Part shown: positions 1 to 11,803 of the stretch, one piece after another
Numbering within the stretch: the stretch's first letter is position 1
Layout of the letters: each line of letters starts with the position of its first letter
Source of the DNA: Chiloscyllium plagiosum
Lineage: Eukaryota
Length of the DNA: 56,870 nucleotides
Reading direction: 5' to 3'
Assembly: GCF_004010195.1 (NCBI RefSeq)
Contig: NC_057711.1
Coordinates: forward strand, 82,985,237-83,042,106
Notes under the pieces: model-generated
Told to the model about the DNA's origin: nothing
What the model saw: only the letters and a program-made list of their open reading frames with translations
Database searches by the model: none
Translations under genes and position numbers: made by a program

Positions 1-236
1 ATTCGGGGAAGATCAGGAAGGTCAATAGAAATTGGGAATGGACTAGATGGACAAGTGCAGGAAAGGAAAAACACTGTGTACAGTTATGGGGGCTAGAGTG
101 CAGATTAATGGGCGAGCTTTCAGGTGAAGCAAAGTAAAATTGCATACAGACTAGAATGCTTTGTCGGGCCAGTTAAAAACTATTGTTTCATGAGCATGCA
201 CTGCAGGAATTAGAGAGGCCAGAGATCTGCTTGCAC

Positions 237-635
237 ATTGAATTGAATTGAATTTATTGTCACCTGTACCTAGGCACAGTGAAAAGCTTTGTCTTGTGAG
301 CAATACAGGCAGATCACAGAGTTAAATAGCATAGATAAGTAAATAATAGGTAAACAGCGGCAAAGACAAAAACACAGGTACAGGCAAATGTTAAGAGTTT
401 GTAAGCCCGTTCAGTATTTGAACAACAGTAGGGTAGAAACTGTTACAAAACAGGTTGGTGCGAGTGTTCAGGCTTCTGTGCCTTCTCCCCGATGGTAGAG
501 GTTGTAGAAGAACATTGCCAGGGTGGGATGGAGAATGCTGGCAGCCTTTCCTTGACAGCAAGCCTCATTGATGGATTCTATGGATGGGAGGGTGACCTTT
601 GTGATTGTCCGGGTCGAATTCACCACTCTCTGTAA
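237..635 (-). mobile_element. Rex1/Babar-type LINE, 3' fragment
   Basis: Starts with a (TTGAA)n tail. It is the reverse complement of the 3' end of the Rex1-like copy at 54411-55539, sharing the 3' UTR ...cctgtacctgtg...gtttacctatta...tgtgatctgcctg...acaaagctt...tgacaataa. Confidence 0.8.
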
Positions 636-1144
636 TATGTTCCTAAATATCTCAAATACTCAAAACTGAATCAAAACAGAAATGAAAAAAAAATCAATTG
701 CACAAGCACTCAGCAAACAATTCTCTATTGAAATGAAACACTCATTGCAGCATTGAGGTAAACAAGCTCTAACCACTCATAACACTGACATCTCAGCCAG
801 GTCATGTAAAGCATAGCTACTGAGCTGCAGGGCAGCTCACACTCAGTGACACTGGTGAGGAGAGATTGGTCTCTATGAAGCCATGCAGAAGCCTTCGTCA
901 GACTTAGTATCTGAATCTTAAGGAGACAGGGAACAAACCATTATCCATGTTGTTTATTCCAGCATTGTAAGGCTGTGCTACAGGGCTAGAGAAGGTAACC
1001 AATATCAGTTAGAGCTAGGTGCCACACAGATGGAATATACTATCATGCTCAAGGCTACATGTTCCTTGAAAATGGCCCTTGTTGATACATGGGGTGACTA
1101 GAGAGCAGGCTTTTGCTTTTGACAGGGTAAGGCCTACTCCCAAT

Positions 1145-1510
1145 TTTCAAGCCCACTGACTCTCACTATTACCTCAACTGCAATTCCCTCACATCCTACT
1201 TCCTGCAAGTATTCCATTCTCTCAGTTTTCCATTTCTGTCACATCTGTTTTGATGATGCCATCTTCCACCATGCTTCCTTGGACATTTCCTTCTTTCTCC
1301 TCAACTGTGACATTTCCTTCTTTCCCCCAACTGTGGTGGACAGGGTCTTCAGCCATGTCTGATCCATCTCCTGCATTTCTGCCCTCACCCTTTCCTCTTC
1401 TTCAGGAGGTCCTGAAAAAGGGTTACACACGAAATGTTGACTTCTCCACCTCGTTATGCTGCCTGGCTTGCTGTGTTCTTCCAGCATCTGCTTGTCTACA
1501 TTGACTTTGA
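1145..1510 (+). mobile_element. Degenerate Penelope-like element fragment (RT C-terminal region plus terminal repeat with decayed hammerhead core)
   Basis: aagcccactgactctcac...tattccattctctcag resembles the KPTDSH...IPYSQF-coding sequence at 39063-39150. It is followed by gtc-CTGAAAA-agggttacacac-GAAA-tgtt-gac (1409-1441) and the gatgctgcctg...ccagca terminal-repeat motif. Confidence 0.65.
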
Positions 1511-2169
1511 ATAGGTGACAACTCTTCCTTTCCATCTGAGGCCCAAGCTGAGAGAATTACTTGGCTTTCCACCTACCAGTCTCAAAACTGTGTTCTGGTG
1601 GAAGTGACCTTGAGTGGTCACTAATGGCAGTCTAGCCTTCCCTCATGCCCTGCCTCAGAACTGCACTCCCACCCCCAACAAATCTACCAGCGAGGGATCT
1701 GAGTGAGTGAAAATGCATGTGTTCGGCTAATGAATTAAGCACATTCAATGAGTGTAAAGCTTTAATGGTAACTGATCTTTATTTGAGTGTGTTGGTGTCT
1801 TTAGTGCAGTATGCTTGATTGGTAAGCCTGTAGGTGGAGCTGGAGAGACAGTATGCAGTGTTCTGGAGACACCTGTGGGCTAACAGAGATATATGGGTGC
1901 GATAACGTCTGTGAAGCTCTAAGATGTTTTAAATCATGCAAATGCACTGTTTGGTTTTAGAATATTGCTTTGAGATAAATCAGACAGATGTACAGCAGTT
2001 CAAACCAAATATAACATCTCGCAACAAGCAGATCTAACACGTTGGATTAACATGTTGGAAGTTGGTTTAAATCTCCAATTTGTCCATCATTTCTTTTTCC
2101 ATTAGGAGATCTTGCTCACATTCTAGAAATGATGGATTCTAAAATTTAAGATCTATTTGCTTCTTCTAG

Positions 2170-4075
2170 GGAGGCAAAAATCCAGGATCGAGGCATTTGA
2201 GAAAGCTACGTTCTGGAGTCACAACGTGGTCAGCCTGATGAGGACCTGGCCCTGCAGGAAATGTACAAAGGGAAGGAGGCCTTGCTCTGAGACCTGGATC
2301 TTCATAGAATCATAAAATCCCTACAGTATGGCCCAACAAGTCTACACCGATCCACCGAAGAGTAACCCACCCAGACCCATTCCCCTGCCCTATTACTCTA
2401 CATTACCCCTGACTAATGCACCTAACCTACACATCCCTGAACTCTATGGGCAAATTTCACATGGCCAATTCACCTAACCTGCACATCTCCCATGAGGGAG
2501 GAAACCGTAGCACCCGGGGGAAACCCACGCAGACCCGGGGAGAATGTGCAAACTCCACACAGACAATTGCTGAAGGCTGGGATTGAACCCAGGTCCCTGG
2601 CACTGTGAGGCAACAGTGCTAACCACTGAGCTATTGTGCCATCAGGATCTTGCTGGATCTTGGGGCATGGACCTGAGATTGCAGATCCGGTTCCTCCAGG
2701 AACTGGACCGTGGCTTCCCCTTCTTTTGTCTGCTGGAAAAAAGACGCAGGGTCTGCCAGCAGCTACTTGTGCTTCTTGCTAACGATGGATCCATTGAATC
2801 CAGAGGGTATCCGAGCCAGGTAAGGCAGATCTATTCCACGGTCATCTCTCCAGATTCATCCAGTGAGGAAACTAGCTGGCCCTCTCAGCCCAGAGGAGTT
2901 GACCAACTGGCTGTCCAGGTGTAAGTGCCCAGGGCTGGAATTCATCAAAGCAGTCTAGGATATCCTGGGAGGGTGGGGCCAGGGGGCAGCAGGTCCTGGG
3001 GGAATGTCATTATCCTGTTGTCCAAGAGGGGTATCTCCTGTTTTTTTTAAGATCTTGCACCTGGTCTCCCTCACCAGCTTGGACTACAGCTCTTTGCCAG
3101 GACGATTTCTTCTCAACATGGCGCTATGTTGGACCACATGATTCACCAGACCACTCCTATGTAGTCCCAGACCGAAGCATTCACAATGCCATCCAACTGG
3201 TCCAGGAGGTGATCCATTATTCCCAATGGGCTGGTTTGTTGAGCACCTTTCTCTTCCTTGATCAAGAATGTCTGCTCAGGACTTTGCCAGCTTTCAGGTT
3301 CAGGCTGCACTTTGTTGCCCTCATCAAACTTCTGTACACCACCATCTTCTAGTGAAGGTTAATGGGTCCTTGATGGCACCCTACTCTTCAGCACAGCGTC
3401 AGGCACTATTGGTAGCAACTTTTCACCTTCAGACCCTGCTGCGGTATGTTGTTATTGCGCCTTCTCCAAGATGGTGCACCCTGGTGACGTATTTCTTCCA
3501 TCAGGTGTGTGGCCTCAATTACGGCCTGCAGTTCTTCTTCATGGAATCGTCCTGCCCTTGGATCTTCTTCCACAAATTGCTTGTCTTTTACTTGGATGTG
3601 ATCCCAGTCTGGACCACGGACGTCTCCCGATGGAGCGCTCTCCCTGCAGGAATGGTGGTTATTGTAAGGGAGCCGCTGCTCAGGAACAGGTTGCTCCATC
3701 AATGAAGCTCCCGCTGGCTAACAGAGTGGAGAGCTAGGGCTCCTGGGCTGACCAGACATGTTGGATGGTGGAGAAGGGAGTGCAGCTGGCTGAGAGGGCG
3801 TTGGTCCAAGCCGTTCCGAGCCTGATGGATGAGGTACTTGGCCCCAGTGGAATCAAGGTGGCTCACGCCTACTGGGCTCCTTAGATAAACTGATCCCAGT
3901 CCGACATTGGCCCTGCTCAACGGAGTCTCTCCCAGGACTTGGCACCCCACAATCTGAACCGTCTCAGGGAAATCCTCCACGTGCCCTTTAGAATGGCATG
4001 GAGGTGTTTCCTGTATGGGCTGCTACTGCTACACACTCTCCACATCTCTTTTGCCCAGCACTGGTGTAACGTTTT
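2170..4075 (+). mobile_element. Old, degenerate Tx1-type LINE ORF2 fragment interrupted by a SINE
   Basis: The translation LQIRFLQELDRGFPFFCLLEKRRR matches RIQLLQDLDHGSPFFYSLEKRR in the copy at 18 kb. A C-terminal LYGLLLLHTLH motif is also present. Many frameshifts. Confidence 0.8.
2303..2640 (-). mobile_element. tRNA-derived HE1/V-type SINE, near full length
   Basis: The minus strand begins ggcacaatagctcagtggttagcactg with a B box gggttcaatccc. It has a V-domain-like gagtttgcacattctcccc core and a CR1-like tail ending (gattctat). Flanking ggatctt occurs on both sides. Confidence 0.85.
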
Positions 4076-4127
4076 AGTTGCTGCTTCGTTTAGTTTGGCC
4101 TATTCTCTGCCAGGTCCGATTTCTCCC

Positions 4128-4240
4128 ACTCTGAAGAAGGGTGACTGGACCTGAAACATTAATCCTGCTTCCTTTCCACAGATGCTGTCAGACCTGCCTA
4201 GTTTTCCCCAAAAAAATCTGTTTCCTTTTCTGATTTCTTC
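4128..4240 (+). mobile_element. Penelope terminal-repeat fragment with hammerhead-like core
   Basis: CTGAAGA-agggt-gactg-gacct-GAAA-catt followed by cacagatgctgtcagacctg. Confidence 0.55.
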
Positions 4241-5042
4241 AGCGGTGGGTCAATTTAGAATGACCAAATTTGGTTCTGACAGCATCTCACTAAAGAAAAC
4301 ATAATGAGCTCATGTCACTGGGGAAGGGAAATGGTTTATGACCTCGATGTGCTTCCCTTCTATTTCATGTTTCCTATAAGCTATCACAGTTCCCAAGGGA
4401 CCTCATGATTTGTCCCTTTCTTTAGTCCTGGGGTGATGAAGAAGGTGAGCAGTTCATTTACTAGTGTCCAATGTTTGGTCCTTTGTCTCTGACTGCAGGA
4501 GGAGACTGTCTACGTACTGTACCATGCAGTCCAGTTGGGAAACCTCTTAACCCTTTAGCCAGCCTCTGATAAAATATTGATGGGGAATTGTGAAACCCCT
4601 GGGGCCAACAGGTCCCTGTGTCTTGCTGGCCCTGAAATGTGAAAGTGAATTTATATTGGCAGTGTCAATGGAGGGAAATGGACAAAAATCTGTTGCTAAT
4701 CTCTAGGATGGTGAAATACTTTGCCAATACGTCCTGCCTCATCATGGTTTCGAGGCTAGTTCACTACTGTTGGTGCTATGGTTGGGGTGGTTTTATTTAG
4801 CTCCCTATAATCAATAGTGAGCCACTGAGAACCATCTACTTGCTTAACTGGCCATATTGGCAAGCTATTGATTGATGCTACAGGGTATAGGATTCCTTGC
4901 TAATGACCATGCCTGTTTGGGGAAAGTGGCTTTGGGTTCACTGCCTCACCCTCGATACAACTGCAGTCATGTCTGTGACTAGCGAACGCTCTCCTGTGCT
5001 CTATGAGAATTGCCTGTGCTGCTGAGTCTAATTCACAATTCA

Positions 5043-5241
5043 GAGAAAGTGAGGACTGCAGATGCTGGAGATCAGAATCAAGAATTTGGTGCTGGAAAAG
5101 TACAGCAGGCCAGGCAGCATCCGAGGAGCAGGAAAATCATTGTTTGGGCATAAGCACTTCATCAGGAATGATGAAACATTGATTCTCCTATCCCTCGGAT
5201 GCTGTCTGACCTGCTGTGCTTTTCCAGCTCCACACTCGAAT
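5043..5241. mobile_element. Fold-back Penelope terminal-repeat insertion
   Basis: Two inverted arms (gctggaaaag...gcatccgagg / cctcggatgc...cttttccagc). Degenerate TSD ctaattcacaattc / ctaatccacaaatc. Confidence 0.8.
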
Positions 5242-5271
5242 CTAATCCACAAATCCCCCATGGTACACATT

Positions 5272-5521
5272 CTCTGTGTGTATGTATCTGTATGTATTTG
5301 TGTATGTCTGTTGTATCTGTGTGTGTCTGTGTGTATGTGTCTGTATGTATGTGTCTGTGTGTCTGTATGTGTCTGTATGTATCTGTATGTGTCTGTGCGT
5401 ATGTGTCTGTGCGTATGTGTCTCTGTGTGTCTGTGTGTGTGTATATGTCTGTGTGTGTCTGTATGTGTCTGTGTGTATGTCTGTGTTTCTATGTGTCTCT
5501 GCGTATGTATCTGTGTGTGTG
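5272..5521. repeat. Compound TG/TGTC/TGTA microsatellite abutting an assembly gap
   Basis: Seen directly. Confidence 0.95.
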
Positions 5522-6189
5522 NNNNNNNNNNNNNNNNNNNNNNNNNNNNNNNNNNNNNNNNNNNNNNNNNNNNNNNNNNNNNNNNNNNNNNNNNNNNNNN
5601 NNNNNNNNNNNNNNNNNNNNNNNNNNNNNNNNNNNNNNNNNNNNNNNNNNNNNNNNNNNNNNNNNNNNNNNNNNNNNNNNNNNNNNNNNNNNNNNNNNNN
5701 NNNNNNNNNNNNNNNNNNNNNNNNNNNNNNNNNNNNNNNNNNNNNNNNNNNNNNNNNNNNNNNNNNNNNNNNNNNNNNNNNNNNNNNNNNNNNNNNNNNN
5801 NNNNNNNNNNNNNNNNNNNNNNNNNNNNNNNNNNNNNNNNNNNNNNNNNNNNNNNNNNNNNNNNNNNNNNNNNNNNNNNNNNNNNNNNNNNNNNNNNNNN
5901 NNNNNNNNNNNNNNNNNNNNNNNNNNNNNNNNNNNNNNNNNNNNNNNNNNNNNNNNNNNNNNNNNNNNNNNNNNNNNNNNNNNNNNNNNNNNNNNNNNNN
6001 NNNNNNNNNNNNNNNNNNNNNNNNNNNNNNNNNNNNNNNNNNNNNNNNNNNNNNNNNNNNNNNNNNNNNNNNNNNNNNNNNNNNNNNNNNNNNNNNNNNN
6101 NNNNNNNNNNNNNNNNNNNNNNNNNNNNNNNNNNNNNNNNNNNNNNNNNNNNNNNNNNNNNNNNNNNNNNNNNNNNNNNNNNNNNNNNN
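5522..6189. other. Assembly gap (N run)
   Basis: Run of n. Confidence 1.
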
Positions 6190-6660
6190 AACCCTCTAGT
6201 TCTAGACTCCCCCACCCCAGGAAAAAGACTTTGCCTATTTATCCTATCCATGCCCCTCATGATTGTATAAACCTCTATAAGGTCACCTCTCAGCCTCCAA
6301 CACTCCAGGGAAAACAGCCCTAGTCTATTCAACCTCTCCCCATAGCTCAAATCCTCCAACCCTGGCAACATCATTGTAAATCTTTTCTGAACCCTTTCAA
6401 GTTTCACAACATCTTTCTGATAGGAAGGAGACCAGAATTGCACACAATATTCTAACAGTGGTCTAACCAATGTCCTGTACAGCCACAACATGACCTCCCA
6501 ACTCCTGTACTCAATACTCTGACCAGTAAAGGAAAACATACCAAACACCTTCTTCACTATCCTATGTACCTGTGACTCCACTTTCAAGGAGCTATGAACC
6601 TGCACTCCAAGGTCTCTTTGTTCAGCAACACTCCCTACGGCTTTACCATTAAATGTAAAT
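6190..6660 (-). mobile_element. CR1 LINE 3' ORF2 fragment
   Basis: Translation [19 protein letters not shown]...LERVQKRFT...[10 protein letters not shown]. Confidence 0.9.
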
Positions 6661-7574
6661 TACACTTCGCCATACGACCCATGCCTCAGCTGTGCCTGGT
6701 GTCCATATGGAGATTAACCAACAGTACAGAGTGCTGGCAGACTATGTCTCCCAATTTAAATTCTATCAGTTTTGTCTCCACCCCTTCTGTAGATGTCCAG
6801 TGAATTTGCTCAGAATGAATGCGCCATGTGTTATTAAAATCTTGGGATGTACTAAGTGTTGTTGTGGATCCCCTGTGTCCCATAGAAATTGAATGGGACA
6901 GCCTTCCACCTCGCTGTCCACCAGGGGCTGTCCCACAGTGTCCCACCTGACGTCACATACACACTGAGGAGAGGCACAGCTCTCTGGGAGTGTGTCCAAC
7001 TGGTGTGTGGGGGTTGGGGGCGGGGAATATGTAAGATGGTGGGATTTCCTCCATTAGATTTTGCAGTGTGATCTCCCAGACCAAATTATTTGATGCTTTT
7101 CTCTCCGGTCCTTCCAGTGTTGTGCACTGGGGTCTTGAGTGTGGGTTCTGTGGCAGCTCAAACAGGCTGGGTCCCCTGCAGTCCCCACAATTGTAGCATT
7201 TCACTTGCAGAGGTGACTGCTGCCTTGTATCTTCCTGCTGCTGATCCCTATCTCTCACTGCGGTGAATGGCTCCAATAAAAATTCCCTTGTTTCAGTTGT
7301 CCCCCTTCATTCCCCACATGGGACCAGGGCTAGGGGCTTTTACTGGATGCATTTTTCCTTTCCCTGATTTAGGGTGGTCTGATTCATGAATGTCTTTCTC
7401 TCACGTCTGGACCATTCTCTTCTCAACTGTTGCACTACAAGAGGGTTGTTTGTAGAATTAACATTTTCACAACCTTTCCTCACTGCCGCAGAGCCATGTG
7501 AGACAGTTGTTCAGGTCCATCTTGCCCTGTTTGGTGGGGTCAGTGCAGTCTGATCTAGGTTACCAAAAACTCCT

Positions 7575-7704
7575 AGGTGGAAGTGGGTACTGCTGATGCT
7601 GGAGTTTAGAGTCAAGATTAGAGCAGTGCTGGAAAAGCACAGCAGATCAAGCAGCATCCGAGGAGCAGGAATATCAACGTTTCAGGCAGGAGCCCTTCAT
7701 CAGG
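7575..7704 (-). mobile_element. Solo Penelope terminal repeat with hammerhead core
   Basis: Minus strand reads ttc-CTGATGA-agggc-tcct-gcct-GAAA-cgtt-gat. TSD aaaactcct at 7566-7574 and 7705-7713. Confidence 0.8.
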
Positions 7705-7737
7705 AAAACTCCTGTGAACTGTATCCACAGACACTTG

Positions 7738-7963
7738 TTTTTTTCTTTTTTTTGCAGGTGTGAGACACAGTGAGAGACACAAGGTGTTCAAATCTCTATT
7801 CAATTTCCACCACCAGGAAGAAAGGAAACACTCAAGTAGCCAGTGACAAGCGGTGCCCTTCACATCAAAGGGCTATGCTGCGTGATCAAAAAAATAATGA
7901 AGGGGAGAGTAGGGATTAAATCAAAATAGAGTTGGAGGGGGAAATAATGCACTCCACTCCCTG
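7738..7963 (-). mobile_element. Short Tx1 3'-end-only copy
   Basis: Matches the 3' UTR of the Tx1 copies and has a T-tract (poly-A tail). TSD-like ccacagacacttg / ccacaggcaattg. Confidence 0.85.
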
Positions 7964-9782
7964 CCACAGGCAATTGGTAAATGCAGTTGGGTGCTCTCCC
8001 TTTTGCTGTGTGCATGGGGTCTCCCCTATTGTCTCTACAGCGGCTGGGACTGCTGTGTTCATGGCCTGCAGCTGCCCCCCTCCCACATTCTGAGGGTGAG
8101 TAAGGCAGGATGGACCATGGCGCTCAGGCACATGAACATTCATTTTACCTGCGCGACATCCTTGAGCCTGTGGAGAACACTTGGTTGGTGGGTGCTGTCG
8201 AAAATCATATCGGAGTCAGCTGTGGCCTCAAATAAGGGGATCTTTTTTGCTACTTCCACTAATTGCCTCACCAAGAAAAAGGGGTTGTTTAAGTAACTGG
8301 ATGATTGCTCTGGCCGTCCTGAGGGGTTGCGGTCAGTGTGATAGCCAGTTGTATGGAGCAGCTGAGAGGTAGAGAATAGGAGAAGAGGAAGCTGAGTAAG
8401 GAGCTGGAGGAAATGAAGCAGGAACTGGAGAAAGTCACAGTCAAAGCAGCAGAGCAGGAGCAGAGGAAACAGGGGAATGTGGAACAGATGCAGTGCGACA
8501 GAAAGATACTAGGAGGCACAGCCCGCACCGTCAAGCTGTGGCCGAGCTGACTGAGAAATGTAAAAACCAATATCTGCTCAGATTCCTGCACTGAACAGGC
8601 AAAGAAACCGCAGTCTGCACTATGGACCTGTAGAAATGTCAGTGTGATTCTCACAGCTCTGGGGAGATCTTGACTCTGTCTCTCTCCAGGTTGTTGGAGC
8701 TCCTCTGCTGGACCAGGTTGAGTCTTCACTAAGTCTTCACAGCGTCTTCCCTGAGGGGGTGGTGTCCAGGTGTGTGTTCTTATTCCCTTTTGCCCCTGAC
8801 TTTCTAGATTGTTCTGGGAACTTTGGCCAATGGGGTCAGGACCTGGGTTCAAATCATCCAGTGGGGTTGAGCCAAAGCAGTACACTGTTGTCATGTCAGG
8901 AAACTGCAAAGTGCACATACTCAGCAAGTTAAGATGTCTGACTGACATTTCTCCAATCATCAACCTTCAGGCTGGTGAAACCCCTTCAATCTTTGTACCT
9001 TGGTTTCCGTTATTCTTTGTAGCCAATAGCTGCTGGCTGCAGTTTAATTTAGTTTGGCCAATTTTCCTTCCGGCCTGATTTCTCTGTCTGTAGTTTTGTG
9101 CCTGTGGTCATGCCATCGCAATATTTATTCAGCTTCAACAAAAAATGCAATTCGTGCTTAAAATGAAACCATTTCACAAACATCTTCCTGTTATTGATAA
9201 AGAATTCACCAGTTCGAGAGATGTCACAGTCTCTTCTTGAGAATTAGGTGTGACACGTGTATAATATCATATAATGTAAAGCACTATGTGATTTAAGGAC
9301 TGCAAACCTTGTGGATAAGAGTTTGCCCATGAGTACCAAAATCATGCTAAGAAGATAAACTATTATAGTGTGAAAAGTGTAAAGCTATGTTAGAGACTTC
9401 CTTTTTATTGTAGAAACATCTGCTGATACACCACAGTAAACAATATTTCAAATGGGATCTATGTGATAAATAAAACGTTTGTGACTCCATCTGTATTTAA
9501 GAGTCAATAGAAGATGTATGTTGGATTGAAAGAGAAAAATGATCAATATTGCACCTGTTAATGAACGACAACATGCGTGTTTAGTGACTGCACGCCAATG
9601 TCCCCACTGTAACCAAAGGTTTCAGAAAGAAGGTGGAAAATGCCTGACAATTGCTCAAAATGTTACAAAGTTTCAGCGAGGAGAGATCTAGGTTAGCATG
9701 TGAAGACACTAGTTGAACTTACGGTGGGCTGTTATGTTCATAAGCCTCTGGTCATTCTTAATCTGGCAATTAGTAAGAATGG

Positions 9783-10594
9783 GGTCGAAAAGTATCGTGC
9801 TGGCAAAGCACAGCCAGTCAGGCAGCATCTGAGGAGGGGGAGAGTTGACATTTTGAGCATGAGTTCTTTAGCAGGAAAGAGGGGGTGGCCCAAGGAGGCT
9901 GAGAGATAAATGGGAAGGGCGTGTGTCTGGGGGAAAGTAGCTGGGAATGCATTAGATAGATGAAGGTGGGGGGTGACGGTGATAGGTCAGAGAGAAGGGT
10001 GGAAAGGAAGATGGACAGGTAGGACAGTTCAAGAGAGTGGTGCCGAGTTGCAGGGTTCGATCTGGGACAAGGTCGGGGAGGGGAAATGAGGAAACTGGTG
10101 AAATCGATATTGATCCTGTGTGTTTGGAGAGTCCCAAGGCAGAAGATGTGGTGTTCTTCCTCCAAGCATTGGGTGACTAGAGTTTGGCGGTGCAGGAGAC
10201 CCAGGACTTGCATGTCCTTGGTGGAGTGGGAGGGGGAGTTCCAACCACACAGGATCAATGTGGATTTCATCAGTTTCATAAGTTCCCCTCTCCCCATCTT
10301 ATGCCAGATCCAATCTTCCAACTTGGCTCCGCCCTCTTGAACTGTGCTACCCATCCATCTTCCTTCCCACCTATCCGCTCCACCCTCCTCTCTGACCTAT
10401 CACCATCACATCCCACCCTCACCTACCTCTTGTGTTCCCAGCTGCCTTCCCCCAGCCCCATCCCCCCTCCCATTTATCGCTCAGACCCCTTGGGCCACCC
10501 CCTCATTCCAGATGAAGAGACCTGCTCCTTGGATGCTGCCTGACCTGCTGTGCTTTTCCAGCACCACACTTTTCGACTCTGATCTCCAGCATCT
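9783..10594. mobile_element. Penelope element 3' portion with long inverted arm
   Basis: 9783-10240 (minus) and 10241-10594 (plus) are inverted copies. They encode the GIY-YIG C-terminus HSTKDMQVLGLLH...LEEEHHIFCLGTLQTHRINIDF plus the terminal repeat. Confidence 0.85.
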
Positions 10595-10902
10595 GTTGAG
10601 TTAATAAGATTGTCAGAGTGAAAACAGCTGAAATTGGGAAATAACAAGGTATAAAAAAGCATACACACGGGTGTGTGAAAGGGAATCATGATGTGAATTT
10701 GTAGACTGGGTTCAAATTAAATAGCTAAAGTCACAACCACAAACATGAATCATCTCTATTGTATCCAAAGGAGATGATGTGGTTGCTCAGTAGTTATGTT
10801 TATCTGTTGGATGACAATACCAATAGGAATGTCAGTCATTTGATAGTAAGGATCTCTCGAGATAGTGATGATAAGAATACTTTCTCTTTCCCTCTGCATG
10901 GT

Positions 10903-11035
10903 TTTGTCATTCATTCCTGGGATATGGGAATTGCTGGTTGGGCCAGCATTTATCATCCCTAGTTGCCCTTGAGAAGGCAGAGGCTTTATCAGCAGCTTCA
11001 GTCTATTGGATGTAGGTACAACTACAATGCGGTTA
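10903..11035 (-). mobile_element. 3' tail fragment of the CR1-clade/Deu-SINE family seen at 41236-44250
   Basis: cattcattcctgggat...gccagcatttat...ccctagttgcccttgagaagg matches 41236-41310 and 29165-29235. Confidence 0.7.
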
Positions 11036-11039
11036 GGCC

Positions 11040-11672
11040 ACTGGCACTCAGAGGACTGCCTGAGATCAGGAACCTGCTCAGCCCAGGGAGTAGAGGACCC
11101 GCTGGTGTTGGCAATCAGGGACTTTGTTCACATGCAAAGAGAAGAACAGGAGAGGTATGCGAGATGCAATGGTCTCATTGCCCAGATGCTGTGGCATTGC
11201 AGTGATTAATGGGACTGTCTGGCTGCCTCCATGGGCAGGTTAGTGGCTGCCATGGGGAGTCAAGCCCAGAACCCTCAGGGTCTGGTGGAGAGGCACATAC
11301 ACCCACACTCCATTGCCCCAGCCATTGCTTCTCAGGACTGAAGGCACGATGGCAATGGGGGCTGCGATTCTTGATCCCAAGTCCAGGTGACTGTTCTTTA
11401 TTAGGAGACAGGGCAGTTCCAGGAGGCATCTTACTAGAGGAGAAACCATTCACAGGCCCCTCAGATGTTTCAATTCAGGACACTCCAGTGATAGCTGGAC
11501 CCTCCACTGCCAACATCTAACCTTTGGAAATACACAATGAGTGGGTTTACTTGCCACTGGCAAGAAGATCCTGGGTATGTCTGGCCCCTCCAGACCACAA
11601 GCAGCCCCATTGTCATCCAGCTAAACCATCAGGGGCAAAAGGCTCCACTGCCAAGCAGGAACCTTCCACCCC
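11040..11672 (+). mobile_element. Possible decayed Harbinger Myb/SANT-ORF remnant
   Basis: Coding-like EDPLVLAIRDFVHMQREEQE followed by a P/S-rich tail, similar in style to 45900-46860. No catalytic motif seen. Confidence 0.25.
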
Positions 11673-11803
11673 TGAAATAATTCCACAGAAGCTGGTATTC
11701 CATCACCAAGTCACCCTTTATTCACGCGTGGAGAGTCCTTGGCACTGATCCAACTCCCTCAGAGCCAGCTCTGAGACTGAACAGAACCCCTGATACTCCT
11801 GTT
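11673..11803 (-). mobile_element. Half LTR-like sequence (R/U5-like side) forming the insertion target of the Tx1 array
   Basis: Minus strand reads AACAGGAGTATCAG..., an 8-bp hairpin ctcagagc/gctctgag (11758-11775), AATAAA (11717-11722), and ends ...TTATTTCA. LTR identity is inferred. Confidence 0.5.

Larger units (their letters stand above)
6665..9110 (-). mobile_element. Degenerate LTR-retroelement gag-protease region (Gypsy-like) with nested insertions
   Basis: Zinc knuckle VKCYNCG at about 7200 and aspartic protease motif FLWDTG at about 6870-6890, in gag-then-pro order on the minus strand. The upstream boundary is uncertain. Confidence 0.6.

Noticed and set aside
5040..6605. Long ORFs of 307-521 aa
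   Set aside because: Artefacts of reading through an N gap and a microsatellite. The only real coding part is a CR1 fragment.
8289..8963. 224-aa ORF as a host gene
   Set aside because: It lies within the decayed LTR-element region upstream of the zinc knuckle and protease, and no domain was recognised.
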